A stretch of DNA of 64,000 bases from Podarcis pityusensis. Taxonomy: Eukaryota. The number at the start of each line of letters is the position of its first letter. Within the stretch, counting starts at the first letter, position 1. Location: assembly GCA_964106645.2 (NCBI GenBank), contig OZ067038.1. The stretch is one strand, 5' to 3'. Both the position numbers and the translations under genes were made by a program. The notes beneath the pieces were generated by a model. The model was not told where the DNA came from, did no database searches, and was given only the letters and a program-made list of their open reading frames with translations. Positions 26,926 to 40,623 of the stretch are shown here, in pieces.

Positions 26926-27120
26926 CAAGGAATTAACTGCTTTCCAGGGTGCTTGAGCTATTTGCAGCTCATCAAGAACAGCAGAGAATGTAGATCGATC
27001 CTCTGCCCGGTCAATCTGCAGCGGGTTAGTGCCCATAATTCTAACTCCATTCCGGTAAAGTGGCAAAGCCAGGTTGTTTGGAATCTGCCCTCCTACAGAG
27101 ATGATGCAGCCATCGCATTC
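26926..27120 (-). CDS. CPS1: CPS1 internal exon (~exon 26), 195 bp
   Basis: [65 protein letters not shown]; tag| acceptor and |gtatg donor. Confidence 0.97.
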
Positions 27121-27244
27121 CTATAGAAAATGAGAACAGAGAGAAACTTAGACACAAAAAAACACACACCACAAGTTGATTATGTGCAGCTCCTTGCCAA
27201 ACTAAACCATCTATTAGCACAATCAGAAGCAAGGTAGAGAGAAC

Positions 27245-27760
27245 AGCTTGGATCCAGAGAAGGATGAGGTTCCAGTAACTGTCTTGCTCTATTCTGCCTT
27301 GGTTAGACACACCTGGAGTCCTGTATCCAGTTCTCGGCCACAATTTAAGAAGGATATTGACAAGCTGGAACGTATGCAGAGGAGGGCAACCAAGATGATG
27401 GAAACCAAGCCTTATGAGGAATGGTTGAAGGAGCTGGGTATGTTTAGCCTGGATAAGAGGAGACTGAGAGGAGATATGATAGCCATCTTCAACTATCTAA
27501 ATGGCTGTCACATGAAAGAAGGAGCAAGCTTGTTTTCTCCTGCTCCGATAGCTTCAAGTTACAAGAAGAGAAGTACTTTCTGATGGTTAGAGCTGTTTGA
27601 CAGGGGAACAGAATCCTTTGGGAGGTGGTGGACTCTCCTTCCTTGGAGGTTTTTAAGCAGAGGTTGGATGGTCACCTGTCAGGGAAATTTTAGTTGAGTT
27701 TCCTGCATTGCAGGGAGTTGGACTAGATGACCCTCAGGGTTGCTTCTATAATTCTATTAT
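27245..27760 (+). mobile_element. Older CR1 3' fragment
   Basis: ORF 27248..27583 ([35 protein letters not shown]) plus a CR1 3' UTR. Confidence 0.88.
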
Positions 27761-28203
27761 TGTTTTACTTTCTCATACATGGAATTTTAAGCTTCCCACT
27801 TTGACACCCCCAAAACAACTCTCTGTAAAAAAGGGGTGTTGTCCAGAGCAGCACCCTGTGGGGTGAACCAGTCCCAAGGGTTGTTGCAGCTCTGGCTGCC
27901 AAAGCCCCAGTTAACCATTCTCTCCTCCCAGTAAGCTCCAGGACAATATGAAAGAACCCTCCCTCCCTCCTCTAGTCCGACACCACTAGCACTACTTTTG
28001 TCTGGGCTAAGTCAGGTGGGCCAGTTTTAAAAACAGAATTCCAAAGGAGTCACATCATGAACCCTGACTGCTAATGGGTGACCTGGTGCTCTGACCTCGA
28101 AAGGGCACTTGGCCTTGTTCCTAACAAAAGGAGTGTTCTCATGTCTCAAGCCTGGAGGCTTTTCACCTGGCTTCTTTGAATTCTCCCCCCCCCCCCCCAT
28201 AAA

Positions 28204-28206
<3 letters not shown>

Positions 28207-28245
<39 letters not shown>
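28207..28245. repeat. (GA)n microsatellite preceded by a poly-C run
   Basis: Directly visible. Confidence 0.95.
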
Positions 28246-28382
28246 GAGAAAGGTACTTGACAGGTGGTATTAATTGGATTGCAGCTCATGCTGCCCTAGT
28301 AGGAGACAGGGTCAAGAATTCAAGCATTTTAGGAACAGAGTTGCAAAGAAAATACATTTTTAAGTATTCTGCTTAAGCACTT

Positions 28383-28499
28383 TGCCGAGCCAAAGGTGAC
28401 AATGAGACTGACTTTGCAAAATGGAAGGTTTAGGAAACCTTGGTTTATATTCTTCTGAGACTATTTGGGTTTTACCTCCTGTTGGGAGGTGTCCAAGAT
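28383..28499 (-). repeat. Degenerate duplicate of the 3' end of the CPS1 182-bp exon, its donor and the adjacent intron
   Basis: GACAATGAGACTGACTTTGCAAA, GGTTTAGGAAACCTTGG and TACCTCCTGTTGG...TGTCCAAGAT are shared with 28872-29017. Confidence 0.85.
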
Positions 28500-28810
28500 G
28501 ATGAGCAGGCTGAGGCAGCACAGAGACCTTCAAAAACTGCTGCACATCTATCAGAGCAACTTTTTGAAAGCTGTGTTTGGCATTTGAAAAATCATGTTAG
28601 CTTCAATGGCATTGTCCTCATGCATAAAATTAAGCATGTGTGTAATTGCTTTCACAATCACAGGTTAAAACTAAGCTCAGCAAGGGCAGGACAATTTGAT
28701 CCATAAATAACTGTGAAATAAATTAAATCAGCTTGTAAATACTGTGCAATATGTCATCTTTGGAAAATAATTCTCTATTTATTTGGCAGTCATTATGGAG
28801 CAGTTGGTTA

Positions 28811-29218
<408 letters not shown>

Positions 29219-29349
29219 TCATGGTACAGGCAGGTTTTAAAACACCAGGAGCGGTGAAGGGCAGGGCAAAGATTCCAACTGCTTCCGCGTAAGCCTCCCA
29301 GTAACTCAAAACCTGTGCAAACATCAGCAATACCTGTGAACGACTGAGT

Positions 29350-29750
29350 TCATAGAATCATAGAGTTGGAAGAAGCCTCCAATGCCAGCTAGTCCAAACA
29401 ACTGGCAAAGCAGGATATCCACTGCTAAGGTACTTCTGGGAGGTGCCATCCAATCTCTGCTTACGAAACCTCAAATGAAGGACAGTTCTATCACCTTCTG
29501 AGGGAGGAACTATTGTCTGTACCATCTGTACCAAGTTTTCACTATTGTTTTTGAATCCTTTTCTTGTCATTTGAAGCCATGGCCCAGACCTCTGGAGCAA
29601 GAGAACACAAGTCTGCTCCCTCAACTCCATGACAACCCTTCAGATTAATTCTCTTCCCCAGACGAAACACACCCAACTCTTTCACCCCTTCTCCGCAGGA
29701 CTCCAGGTCTCCAGGCCCCTTTGCCATCCTTGTACTAAATAGCACCTTCT
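29350..29750 (-). mobile_element. Older CR1 3' fragment
   Basis: CATAGAATCATAGAGTTGGAAG tail; degenerate KELGVF.L.KR and F.KQRLD motifs. Confidence 0.8.
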
Positions 29751-30096
29751 TGGAATTAGTTCAGCAGTTCATGGGGCTGACTGGGGGCCAGTATTCCAAA
29801 GCGGAAGGGAGAATATCATTCACCATCTCTTAATTGTGCTTACATCTATACCAGCACTTTCCAGGTTTTTAATTTGTATTTTTAGAATTAGTCTAAAATC
29901 TTTGGCAAAAATAGAAATGGCTTTGGTTCTACATGGACAAAATGCAATGTTCTAGCAACGACACAACGTATATTTTGCATGTGGAATTCTAGGACAATGT
30001 GAAACTTTATTGCAGAAGAGGGTGCCTAACACACCTAACACACTTTTACAGGGTCTTCTAGTCTGGAAAGGCAGAGATACTAAAAACAAGATTTAC

Positions 30097-30160
30097 CTAT
30101 GTGATATGGTCCACAACCCAGCACCATCGTTCCATGGTCATCAAATTTTACATCATGCTC
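30097..30160 (-). CDS. CPS1: CPS1 internal exon (~exon 24), 64 bp
   Basis: EHDVKFDDHGTMVLGCGPYHI(G); tag| acceptor and |gtaaa donor; phase matches the next exon. Confidence 0.96.
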
Positions 30161-30379
30161 CTAAAATAGAACACAGTACGCAAAGTCATCCAGTATTGTT
30201 CTCAGCAGCATCCACTGCGCCCATGAGAAGAAACCATTTATGCCTTGCAGTTCTTTATTTTTAAATTTTTATTACTGGGACTTAACTTTGACCTCATTTA
30301 GTTTACTTGAATGCCACTGAGTTAAACAGATTTTTGGAAACTCAGATTTACCTTAATTGTAGGACCAATTTAAAAATCC

Positions 30380-31285
30380 TTTTTTTAATAATTGCTTTAT
30401 TGATTATAAAAAAAGAAAAAACCAGTCAACAAAGAAAAAACCCAAAGGATATTACAAATTACAAAAAATAAATTTCTTACAACACAACTTCTATTATGAC
30501 TTCTATTCACCCCATCCAGAGTCCCAGGTTTCTTTTGAGTAGCGCACTTTTAATTATCACTCCAGATTTCTCCCAAATTCTTATTTTCAGAAAGTTTTCT
30601 GAGTTAATAAAGGGGTCATTCTAAGCCTGCCAGAGAATTCACAATTTTACAATGCTCTTTAAGATATTTTCTGTAAATGTCCCACTCTCTAGTGAACATT
30701 TGTTTTGTATTATCTCTAATTCTTCCTGTCATCCTTGCTAATTCTGTGTATTCTAATAATTTTGTCTGCCAGTCCACTTTGGTCAGGGTGGAATCTCCTT
30801 TCCATTTTTTGGCTATTAAGATTCTTGCTGCCACTGTTGTGTACAAGAACATCTTCCTCACATTTTTTTGGCATGTCTATACATTATACCCAGTAGAAAG
30901 GCTTCAGGGGTTTTTGCAAAGGAGATTTTAAACCTCTTTTTGAGCTCATTGTATATTATATCCCAAAATTCCCTTATTTTCTTACAATTCACATGTAAAT
31001 CATCGTACCCCCTGCCTCTCTACATCTCCAACAAATGCCTGGTTCTATACATTTTTTGCCAATTTTGATGGTGTTAAATACCACTGTTAAAGCATTTTCA
31101 TGAAGTTCTCTTTCAGGGTATAACATGCAGTACACTTCAAGTCTTCCCTCCATAGTTTTCCCTGGGCTTTCATTGGAATATTATAGCCAAAGTCTCTGGC
31201 CCACTGGACCATTTCCGATTTAAATTCCTCCTCTTTGACTTCCCAGTACAGGAGTCGTCTATACATTTTAGAGAGTGGTTTCTCT
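30380..31285 (-). mobile_element. Older L1-clade 3' fragment
   Basis: ORF 30616..30861 (FLYTTVAARILIAKKWK, YTELARMTGRIRD) is homologous to the L1 at 17.2 kb; degenerate flanking repeat CAATTTAAA.AT.CT. Confidence 0.85.
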
Positions 31286-33056
31286 CAATTTAAAGATTCT
31301 GATACACTCCTGTGAGATGTATTCTGTGTCTTGCTGAAAGGTAGTGGCACGAATAATCACATAATACAGGAAGGAATACACCAATTTAAAGTAGCCTTCT
31401 AATCTTACCAACGATTAATGTTGGCTTACAGAATATTGTAGCCATAATGAATGCTTGTAATTAAAGGACACCATTGAAGGTACAGACTCACACCAGTGAG
31501 GTCACAGTGCCCTTATCCATTATGCTACTGAGTTTAGAGTCCAAAAGCAAGAGCTATGCCTAAAGAGTCCCATTTATGAAGAGTGGCTCAATTGACTCAG
31601 GAGCACTGTTTCATAGAAAGTGGAGGATGGAGGTCTGATTTAAAGAGCAAAAGGGCTGCATAGATGAAGAGTGCAGACACCATCACTTGTCTCTGTTTAC
31701 TCCCTGCAGCCCCACCTCCCTCCAAGCATTTTTGCTCCAGCCAGGCTCACTTCTATCGATCTATCGATCTATAATCGACAGCCAAGTCATATAACAAGTT
31801 GAAAAGGGCAACTACAGAAGGACTAAAGGGATAGCTTGATTTGATTATTTGTATCAATAGTTGAGTAATGCTTCTGTCTAGGAAGGAGCATCTGAAGCTG
31901 CCACATTATGTGTCAGACTAAATTATCTCACAATCTCAGCACAGTCCACTCTGACAATCAAGCCCTTTCCTAGCACCTGCTTCCCCCACAAACCTTTTTA
32001 ACTGGAGATGTTGGGGTCTGTGAACCCAGGTCCTTCTGCTGGCAATGCAGATGAGTCTTTGGGCCTTTGATAGCTCATCTGTTATTCACATTATGCTAGC
32101 CCAGGAAAATGTCCATTATTAAAGGTTATGTAACATGGTCATTTTGCCTGGCCTCAACTCAGGCTAATAGGCTTTAGGAGTTTTGTGTATAAGAGTTGTA
32201 TTGCTACGCCTGTCTGGGAATCTACCCAGGTACTTTCATAACCGCCTCAGCTAAGCATTGTCCTCATTCTTCCTACTGCTTTCACTATGTACTAAGTGAC
32301 TTTGATTCTTAAGTTTGTGTTCTGATCTTCAACTCTTGCAGAGATATGCACCAAACTGATTTGGCATTACTGCACGGGCTCTCTGGCCCTTTTGGTTTGT
32401 GCCTCATGCTTCAGTGGCATTCAAGAGGTCAGCCTCACCCTCCATCCTAACCAAGCCTCTCTTTCTTTCTTGTAACTCACATCCCAAAAGCTATTTCTAA
32501 TGCATTGCCCCAATGCCCATAAAGCTGCTCCAAGTAATCACCTACTTCGCATTCATTTTTACAAATTGCCAGGGAGTTAGCATTTTCATTATGCAATTCA
32601 TTGTCAGTAAGTGGTGTGAAATGGGATGGGACAGAGCTACCCACTGTGCTCAAAACGCATTGCACCACGTAAATTGAATTTGGTAGGGAGAGGTTCAACT
32701 TTGCAAGAAGAAGTGGGGGGGGGGGGGAGGAAGCTCCCATCTCACAAGCAAAACTTGCATCAATTGCTCTCTCATTGGTAGTCCAGAGCAAAGAGCAAAG
32801 GCTTCCTGTTTGTTGTTTATAGATGTCGGAACTTAAAGAACAAAACTGTGGCTCTGTGGGTAAGATTTTTCATTGCTTGTATCCCTGCAATGTCTGCTCA
32901 AAAGGACTATAATGCTCCCAGCTACACTTTTACTTTCTCAATAACAATAGTAGGCAAACATTTCCACCCATACTCCAGTGGGATTATGCCTCTGCCAGCT
33001 GTTCTAACCCTTCCCTGAGATATCCCTGGAGTGAGTGAATTTGAGTTGCAAGGTCA

Positions 33057-33251
<195 letters not shown>

Positions 33252-33409
33252 TCATGCTTCACTTTTTCTTGCTTTCCACTCAGTGAGTCTCCAGGCTCAC
33301 TGCTTTCTCTCTCCTGCCTGCTCAAGTACTTATATAGACAATACACCAGCAATCAGCCATTGAGCATTATTCATCTTACTTTTTAATCCCATATAGAGGG
33401 ATCTGGTTC

Positions 33410-33557
33410 ACTGGTTTGCCAGAAGCGGCTTAGTCATGCTGGCCACATGACCCGGACGCTGTACGTAGGCTCCCTTGGCCAATAAAGCGAGATGAGCGCC
33501 GCAACCCCAGAGTCAGCCACGACAGGAACTAATGGTTGGGGCCCCCTTTACCCTTTA
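33410..33557 (+). mobile_element. 5'-truncated Sauria SINE
   Basis: Reverse complement of the 10440-10585 segment; ends in CCTTTACCCTTTA. Confidence 0.85.
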
Positions 33558-34426
33558 GGGATATGGAATGTATTTTCCAACTGCCAACCCTTATGTAACC
33601 AAAATGACACCATCCACATACAAGCAACCTCCAGGGACCCCAAAGATAGCTAAAGAATAAAATATCCTAAGGAGCGGAACCCAAAGGAGGGGAAATAGCC
33701 CAAAGGAGACAAAGCATGCTCATCTGGCACAAAAAGTTGAATGACCGTTGGGGAGGCAGAAACAGAAGCATGGGACCTTATGAAGAGGGCATGTCTGACA
33801 GGTTGGACTCCTGGACAGGAGCACAACCATACTGCAACACTTGATTGTAGCTTCCATGTGTTAGTTTTTAAAGCTGCTATATTGCATTTTGCAACTAACT
33901 ACTTGTCATCATCACTGGGATTGTTGGTTATTTAGTTCACTGTGGGCAGTGATATTCACAGGGACCAGGATCTCACACAACTAGTTCCGCAGAGCCAGGA
34001 AATCTTTTTGCTTGTGGTTCTCAAACAGTAACCACACATTTCACATAGAAATTTGCTTTAAAAACTAAGGGGACTTTCAAAAGCTGTTTGTAATACAACA
34101 TGGAGGTCTGATGTCCAAAGTCAAAAATCCATCTGGGCATAGCCAAGTCCTTGGAAGCACCTAAGTACTGCCTAAAATAACCATTATGCAGCTTCCAAAT
34201 GCCGGTGAGCCTTTGGGCCAGATGCAGTCTAATTCTATCCATATTTACTCTGCAGTTCCATGGCTTGCAGCTGCTGCTCCTTGAATTAGTTTGGGCTGTT
34301 AGCCCCACATTGTAGGCAATACCTGACCAAGCAAACCCCTTCTTACCGACTCTAGAGAGGGCAAAGCATAATTGCAGGTCCTTGTAAAAACACAGTACCA
34401 AGGGAGGCAGAGAGGCAGTCCCTCAC

Positions 34427-37400
34427 ATAGAATAGAATCATAGAGTTGGAAGAGACCGCAAGGGCCATCGAGTCCAACCCCCTGCCAAGCAGGAAACACC
34501 ATCAGAGCACTCCTGACATATGGTTGTCAAGCCTCTGCTTAAAGACCTCCAAAGAAGGAGACTCCACCACACTCCTTGGCAGCAAATTCCACTGTCGAAC
34601 AGCTCTTACTGTCAGGAAGTTCTTCCTAATGTTTAGGTGGAATCTTCTTTCTTGTAGTTTGGATCCATTGCTCCGTGTCCGCTTCTCTGGAGCAGCAGAA
34701 AACAACCTTTCTCCCTCCTCTATGTGACATCCTTTTATATATTTGAACATGGCTATCATATCACCCCTTAACCTCCTCTTCTCCAGGCTAAACATGCCCA
34801 GCTCCCTTAGCCGTTCCTCATAAGGCATCGTTTCCAGGCCTTTGACCATTTTGGTTGCCCTCCTCTGGACACGTTCCAGTTTGTCAGTGTCCTTCTTGAA
34901 CTGTGGTGCCCAGAACTGGACACAGTACTCCAGGTGAGGTCTGACCAGAGCAGAATACAGTGGCACTATTACTTCCCTTGATCTAGATGCTATACTCCTA
35001 TTGATGCAGCCCAGAATTGCATTGGCTTTTTTAGCTGCCGCGTCACACTGTTGGCTCATGTCAAGTTTGTGGTCAACCAAGACTCCTAGATCCTTTTCAC
35101 ATGTACTGCTCTCAAGCCAGGTGTCACCCATCTTGTATTTGTGCCTCTCATTTTTTTTGCCCAAGGGCAATACTTTACATTTCTCCCTGTTAAAATTCAT
35201 CTTGTTTGTTTTGGCCCAGTTCTGTAATCTGTCAAGGTCGTTTTGAAGTGTGATCCTGTCCTCTGGGGTGTTAGCAACCCCTCCCAGTTTGGTGTCATCT
35301 GCAAATTTGATCAGGATGCCCTTGAGTCCATCATCCAAGTCGTTGATAAAGATGTTGCATAAGACCGGGCCCAAGACAGAACCCTGTGGCACCCCACTAG
35401 TCACTCTTCTCCAGGATGAAGAGGAACCATTGATGAGCACCCTTTGGGTTCGGTCAGTCAGCCAGTTACAAATCCACTGAGTGGTAGCATAGTCAAGACC
35501 GCATTTTACCAGCTTCTTTACAAGAATATCATGGGGCACCTTGTCAAATGCCTTGCTGAAATCATCCTTTTTTAATCTTAAGTCAGTTAAAAGTTCTTTA
35601 GATAGCCACCCTGGCTTCTTTAGGCACCTTCCATGTTTCCGTCTCATTGGTATTGCCTGAAGTTGTGCTTTTAATATCTCCCTCTTAACAAACTCCCAGC
35701 CATCATGAACTCCCTTTCCTTTTAGTATTACTGTCCATGGGATCTCACCCAGCACTTCCCTAAGTTTTATGAAGTCGGCTTTCTTAAAGTCAAGAAATTG
35801 AGTCCTAGTATGCTTGGTTGCTCCTTTCCGCTGTATAGTAAACTTCGGAAGAGCATGATCACTCGCGCCTAGTGATCCTTCCACTTCTACCCCACTAACC
35901 AGGTCATCAACATTGGTTAGGACCAGATCTAAAATGGCTGTTCCTCTTGTTGCTTCTCCCACTTTCTGGACAATGAAGTTGTCTGCAAGGCCAGTGAGGA
36001 ATCTGTTTGACCTTATGCTCTTGGCTGAGTTTGACATCCAACAAATATCCGGGTAATTGAAGTCCCCCATTACTACTATCTCCCTTCCTTTTGCATGCTT
36101 GTCCATCTGTTCCAGGAAGGCATCATCTATGTCCTCCGTTTGGCTTGGGGATCTATAGTAAACTCCCACAATGAGGTCACTGTTATTCTTCTCTCCCTTA
36201 ATTTTGACCCAAATGCTCTCACTTTGGCTTTGAGGTTCTAAATCTTGGATCTCTTCACAGGTATACACATCCCTGACATATAACGCCACTCCTCCTCCTT
36301 TCTTGTCTGGTCTGTTTCTCTGAAAGAGATTGTATCCCTCCATTATTACATTCCAATCGTGGGACTTATCCCACCAGGTTTCAGTGATGCCTATTATGTC
36401 ATATTTAGTTTGCTGTACCAAGAGCTCAAGCTCATCTTGTTTATTTCCCATGCTTTGTGCATTAGTGTATAGACATTGAAGTCTATTAATCATTCCCCCG
36501 TGTCTCTTATTTAAGGATTTTTTCCTCCCACCACTAGGTCCGCGTGCTGTTTGCTCCATTTGGTCTATGACAATTGGATGATCATCTTCATCAATTGATA
36601 GACTCCTACCTTCAGGAGCACTGTCTCCCTCCCCCACATTAGTCAGTTTAAAGCCCTCCTGATGAGGTTTCTGAGATTTTTGGCAAAAACCTTCCTCCCA
36701 ACCGTTGTGAGGTGCAGCCCATCGCTTGCCAGAAGTCCATCTTCAAGAAACTGCAGTCGTGATCTAAGAATCCAAACCGTTCCTGTTTACACCATTTGCG
36801 AAGCCAGCTGTTCACTTCCACTATTTTTCCCTCTCTCCCTGGGCCACGTCGTTCAACTGGGAGGACAGATGAGATGACAATTTGTGCATTTAATTGCTTC
36901 AATTTCCTGCCCAGAGCCTTGTAGTCTCTTTTGATCTTCTGGAGGCTATTGCTTGCAGTGCATTGGTTCCCACACGAAGCAAGAGGAAGGGGTATTTGTC
37001 AGTGGGTTTTATGATTCCTTGCAGTCGTTCAGTTACATCTTGGATCTTAGCCCCAGGGAGACAGCAGACTTCCCGAGACATCTTGTCAGGCCCAGAGATC
37101 ACTGCTTCTGTTCCCCTCAGTAGGGAATCCCCTATCACCACTACACGCCTCCTCTTAGGTTTGGTCGGGGTTCTTCCGTGAGCTGTCCGTTCCAAGGTCG
37201 CCTGCACATTCACTGAGGGCTGACTTTGCTGCTCGTCTTCATATACCTGATCGACTGTAATGAGGGAGAGATCTTCAAATGGAGTCTGCTCTTCGTCTTC
37301 CATGCTAGGGGAGAGGACCTCAAAGCGATTGTGTATTTCTAAACAATCAGAGCGAACCCTGGGCCTCCTACTTCTTTGAGTCACGTTTCTCCATATATCT

Positions 37401-38030
37401 GGCTCCTGTGTTGGTGAACTAGCCTCCTTCTCAGGGGAGTCCCCTGTCTCCTCCTTGGTGGAGACGGTGTGCTCTGTTGCTTCCAAGAAGAGCTCCAGCT
37501 CTCTAATTCTTTGGAGCATAGCTACACGTTCCTCCAGTTGCTGGACTTTGTCTTTTAAGAGGGCAATCAACATGCAATTGCTGCAGGTAAAGCTGCCTGC
37601 AACCTTTGGCAAGATGGCAAACATTGCGCAGGAACCGCAGGCGACTGCAGCTGTTCCCTCCCCCTCCATTTTGAGAACGTGTCGTTGGGGGTGGCTACAG
37701 CGGTCCTCCATCATAAAAAGCGTGAAGACAGGACAAATAACTCCCCCCCCAAAAAAAAACCTAGGTCTCCCCCAACAAAGGTTTGAGACTAGCTCCCCTA
37801 AATCTAAAAAATTTGGATTAAACTGCTCGCGCCTAGCGGCGCGCGCCGCTGCCCTGCAAGCTCTGATAAGCTCCTCCCAGAGCTAATCACCTGCCTCAAC
37901 AGAAACCCTGCCCCCTCTGACCTTTGCACAGGGAGAGCAGCTAATCAGCCACAAAGAAACACACACACAAGAAAAGCCTTTTTGCTCCTTCTTCAGCTGC
38001 TGCCCTGCAAGCTCTGATAAGCTCCTCCCA
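34427..38030 (-). mobile_element. CR1 LINE copy B, full-length 5' end (ORF1 with zinc finger and SGNH esterase, frameshifted) and in-frame-deleted ORF2
   Basis: ORF1 pieces 36899..37714 (CxxC..CxxC, GDSLLRG, CCLPGA, VGTN) and 36648..36902; ORF2 34502..36637 fuses the endonuclease/linker to DFSKAFD; near-identical to copy A; CpG-rich 5'UTR. Confidence 0.95.
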
Positions 38031-39422
38031 CAGCACATCAGCAGCATGGGAAGCTAAGAGTGAACTAAGCTAAGAGTGTCTAAGAAGAGTGAACCCTTTT
38101 CTGTCACAAGCAGAATCACTTTATGAAGAATAGATTTCCACTGGTCATTCAACTAAAGGACAGGTGGCACTCATGCATTCTGCCAAGGCAAAGCAGCACA
38201 AAATTGACACACCTGCCTAAACTAGTTCAGAATGCATTAAGAAAGCCAGGAGAAAGGGCACATAAACTTGGACAACAGCGATTTAGGGTGCAAAGGGCTC
38301 TTCAAGTAATTCAATGATGTTTTTAAAAGAATCGGGGGTGAGGGTGGGGGACAGCTGGCAGAACGTTCATATCAATTTCCCTTAATCGAACACCAAAATG
38401 TGAAAATGACTATGGAACACCTATGGAAGCAATTGTGACATTGCCATGAATACCAGATGAACGTATTATGCTCAGCGCTATCACAATGAATACCAAATGA
38501 ACTTGCAATGATGGGACACTTAAAATAAAGTATTATCCTATAAAAATTTATTGCAGGGAGACAAAAGGAGCCACACGTTTCACGGTCACACAGCACAAAG
38601 GGTCAACACCAACTGTTTCCAACCTTCTATATTTTCCTGCTTGAAACCGAAGCAAAGGCAGGTGGTTTAATCCAATGCAAGTTGGAGAAGGAAGGTCTCA
38701 CTCGCACAACTTCCCAAGGATGTTAAGTGTGGATGAGGGTGGAAATACAGCAATGAGTTTCTGCTATGTATGTTACACTAGCATTAACTCTTAACAATTT
38801 GGGAGGAATAAAATGAGAAAGTTACATCTAAGAAACTTAAAGCATTTCTCTTGGTGAAGTCAAACTGCTGCGGCTGCTGTGGCTGCAGAGACTGGTAGCT
38901 CCTAACTGCTGCCTCCTGCACTATTTAGCAGCACTGAAGCAACTTCCCCAGGGCTCAAGTGTTGCCTTGTCTATGCCAAAGAAATACCACTGCATCCCTG
39001 GCCGCTAAACAAAGAGAGCCCACTGTTTCCTCAAAGTGCTCAAAGTGCAAAGCTGCCCTCCAGCTAACTGGGGAATGGGGGGGGGGGTGAAACTTTTCTG
39101 CTGCGGCAGGGTCAGCTTCAAAAACTCCCAGTCAGAGCCAAAGTGGACAAAGTCACAGAAGAAACCTGCAGCCTCAACATTCATAGGCAGGCATTGCTAG
39201 GCACTTACATTGTGGTTTAGATCCCAGCTGGTCATCTGCCAAAGATTCTTTAGTTTTGATTCTCGCATTGCAGGGACTGCATTAGGTGACCCTCAGGGTC
39301 CCTTCCAACTCTGCAATTCTATGATGCTGTGGTGCTATGAATTAAGACCAAGGAATTTCTCTTGTGGTCTCAGGAAAACCACTGCCTCTTGTTCATATCT
39401 ACCTCATAGGAAGGATGTAAGC

Positions 39423-39558
39423 CAGGCATGGCCAAACTTGGCCTTCCAGATGTTTTGGGACTACAGTTCCCATCATCCCTAGCTAACAGGACCAGTGGTC
39501 AGGGATGATGGGAACTGTAGTCCCAAAACATCTGGAGGGCCAAGTTTGGCCATGCCTG
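39423..39558. mobile_element. hAT-type palindromic MITE
   Basis: ~58-bp near-perfect inverted arms starting CAGGCATGGCCAAACTTGGCC; 8-bp TSD ATGTAAGC at 39415-39422 and 39559-39566. Confidence 0.92.
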
Positions 39559-40623
39559 ATGTAAGCTTAAACTTCCACCCAAGAGACCTAATTCCCCCAA
39601 ACCACGCCCACCTGCCTCACACCTGATGTCAGATGTGGGACAGGTGAAGATATGGCTGCAAAGGAACAAAGGTACTGCCTAATGTTCCTCAGCAAGAAGG
39701 GCTCCCCCTCAGCACATATCAACTGACCAGTGCTGAAAGGGTCCACCAGTCAGAGGTGGCCTGTGGGGTGAGGAGAAGAAAAGATCTGGACAGCTAGCTA
39801 GACCCAGTTCACCTCCCTGCTCTGTTATGAATTCTGCAGGTGCCGCCATAGACAGGCAAGAAATAAAATAGCTGTGTTAATAGGCAAAGTCATGGAGGTG
39901 CTGGAGCCTGAGGGCACCTTCCACCAATGCCTGCCGACTGCTTCTCCAAACCCTCAGACAAAATGAACACATGAGAGAGAACTATGGTAAGCATAAACGA
40001 CTAGTGGAAAAGGTAACCATTGATTCTATAGCCTCAAATTTTCCTTGCTTGTCTCCAAGGAAGTCATCAGGATTCTCCACAGTCACAGCTAACATGGGAC
40101 TACTTTTCCAAGTGATGAGCAGTTTGTGTAGTCAGGATCTCAGTTTCTCATCTGTAGAATGGAAACAATGTTGCCTCCCTATCTCAAAAGATTAATTTCC
40201 ACAATGATGAAGCAGATGTGTGTGTAATTATACTAGGGATGCTTCCATGATTATGAAACAGCTGTGTCAGTAATTATACTAGGGATGCTTGAGGAATTTG
40301 ATTTCTGTGAATTTTGATGCAAACCGAGCTCTTTTGCCCCTCCCAGATTAACATGTCATTGGAATGCAGCTATCCTGGGGATCCTATGCTTTTCAAAAGT
40401 TTGTGACGCAGCTAAAAATAAATGATAATCCAAAGATAAATTAAAAGTGCTAAAACACATTTAGAAAAGCATACAGAATATGTGTTTAAATACAAATTTC
40501 CACATGAAGCTTTTAAAGAAATCACCTTTATGCAGCAACACGGTGAAATGGACTTATAAATGACCACCTGTGAAACTGACACAAACCCAGAGACAGACTG
40601 AACTCTCGATTCGCAAGTTATAC

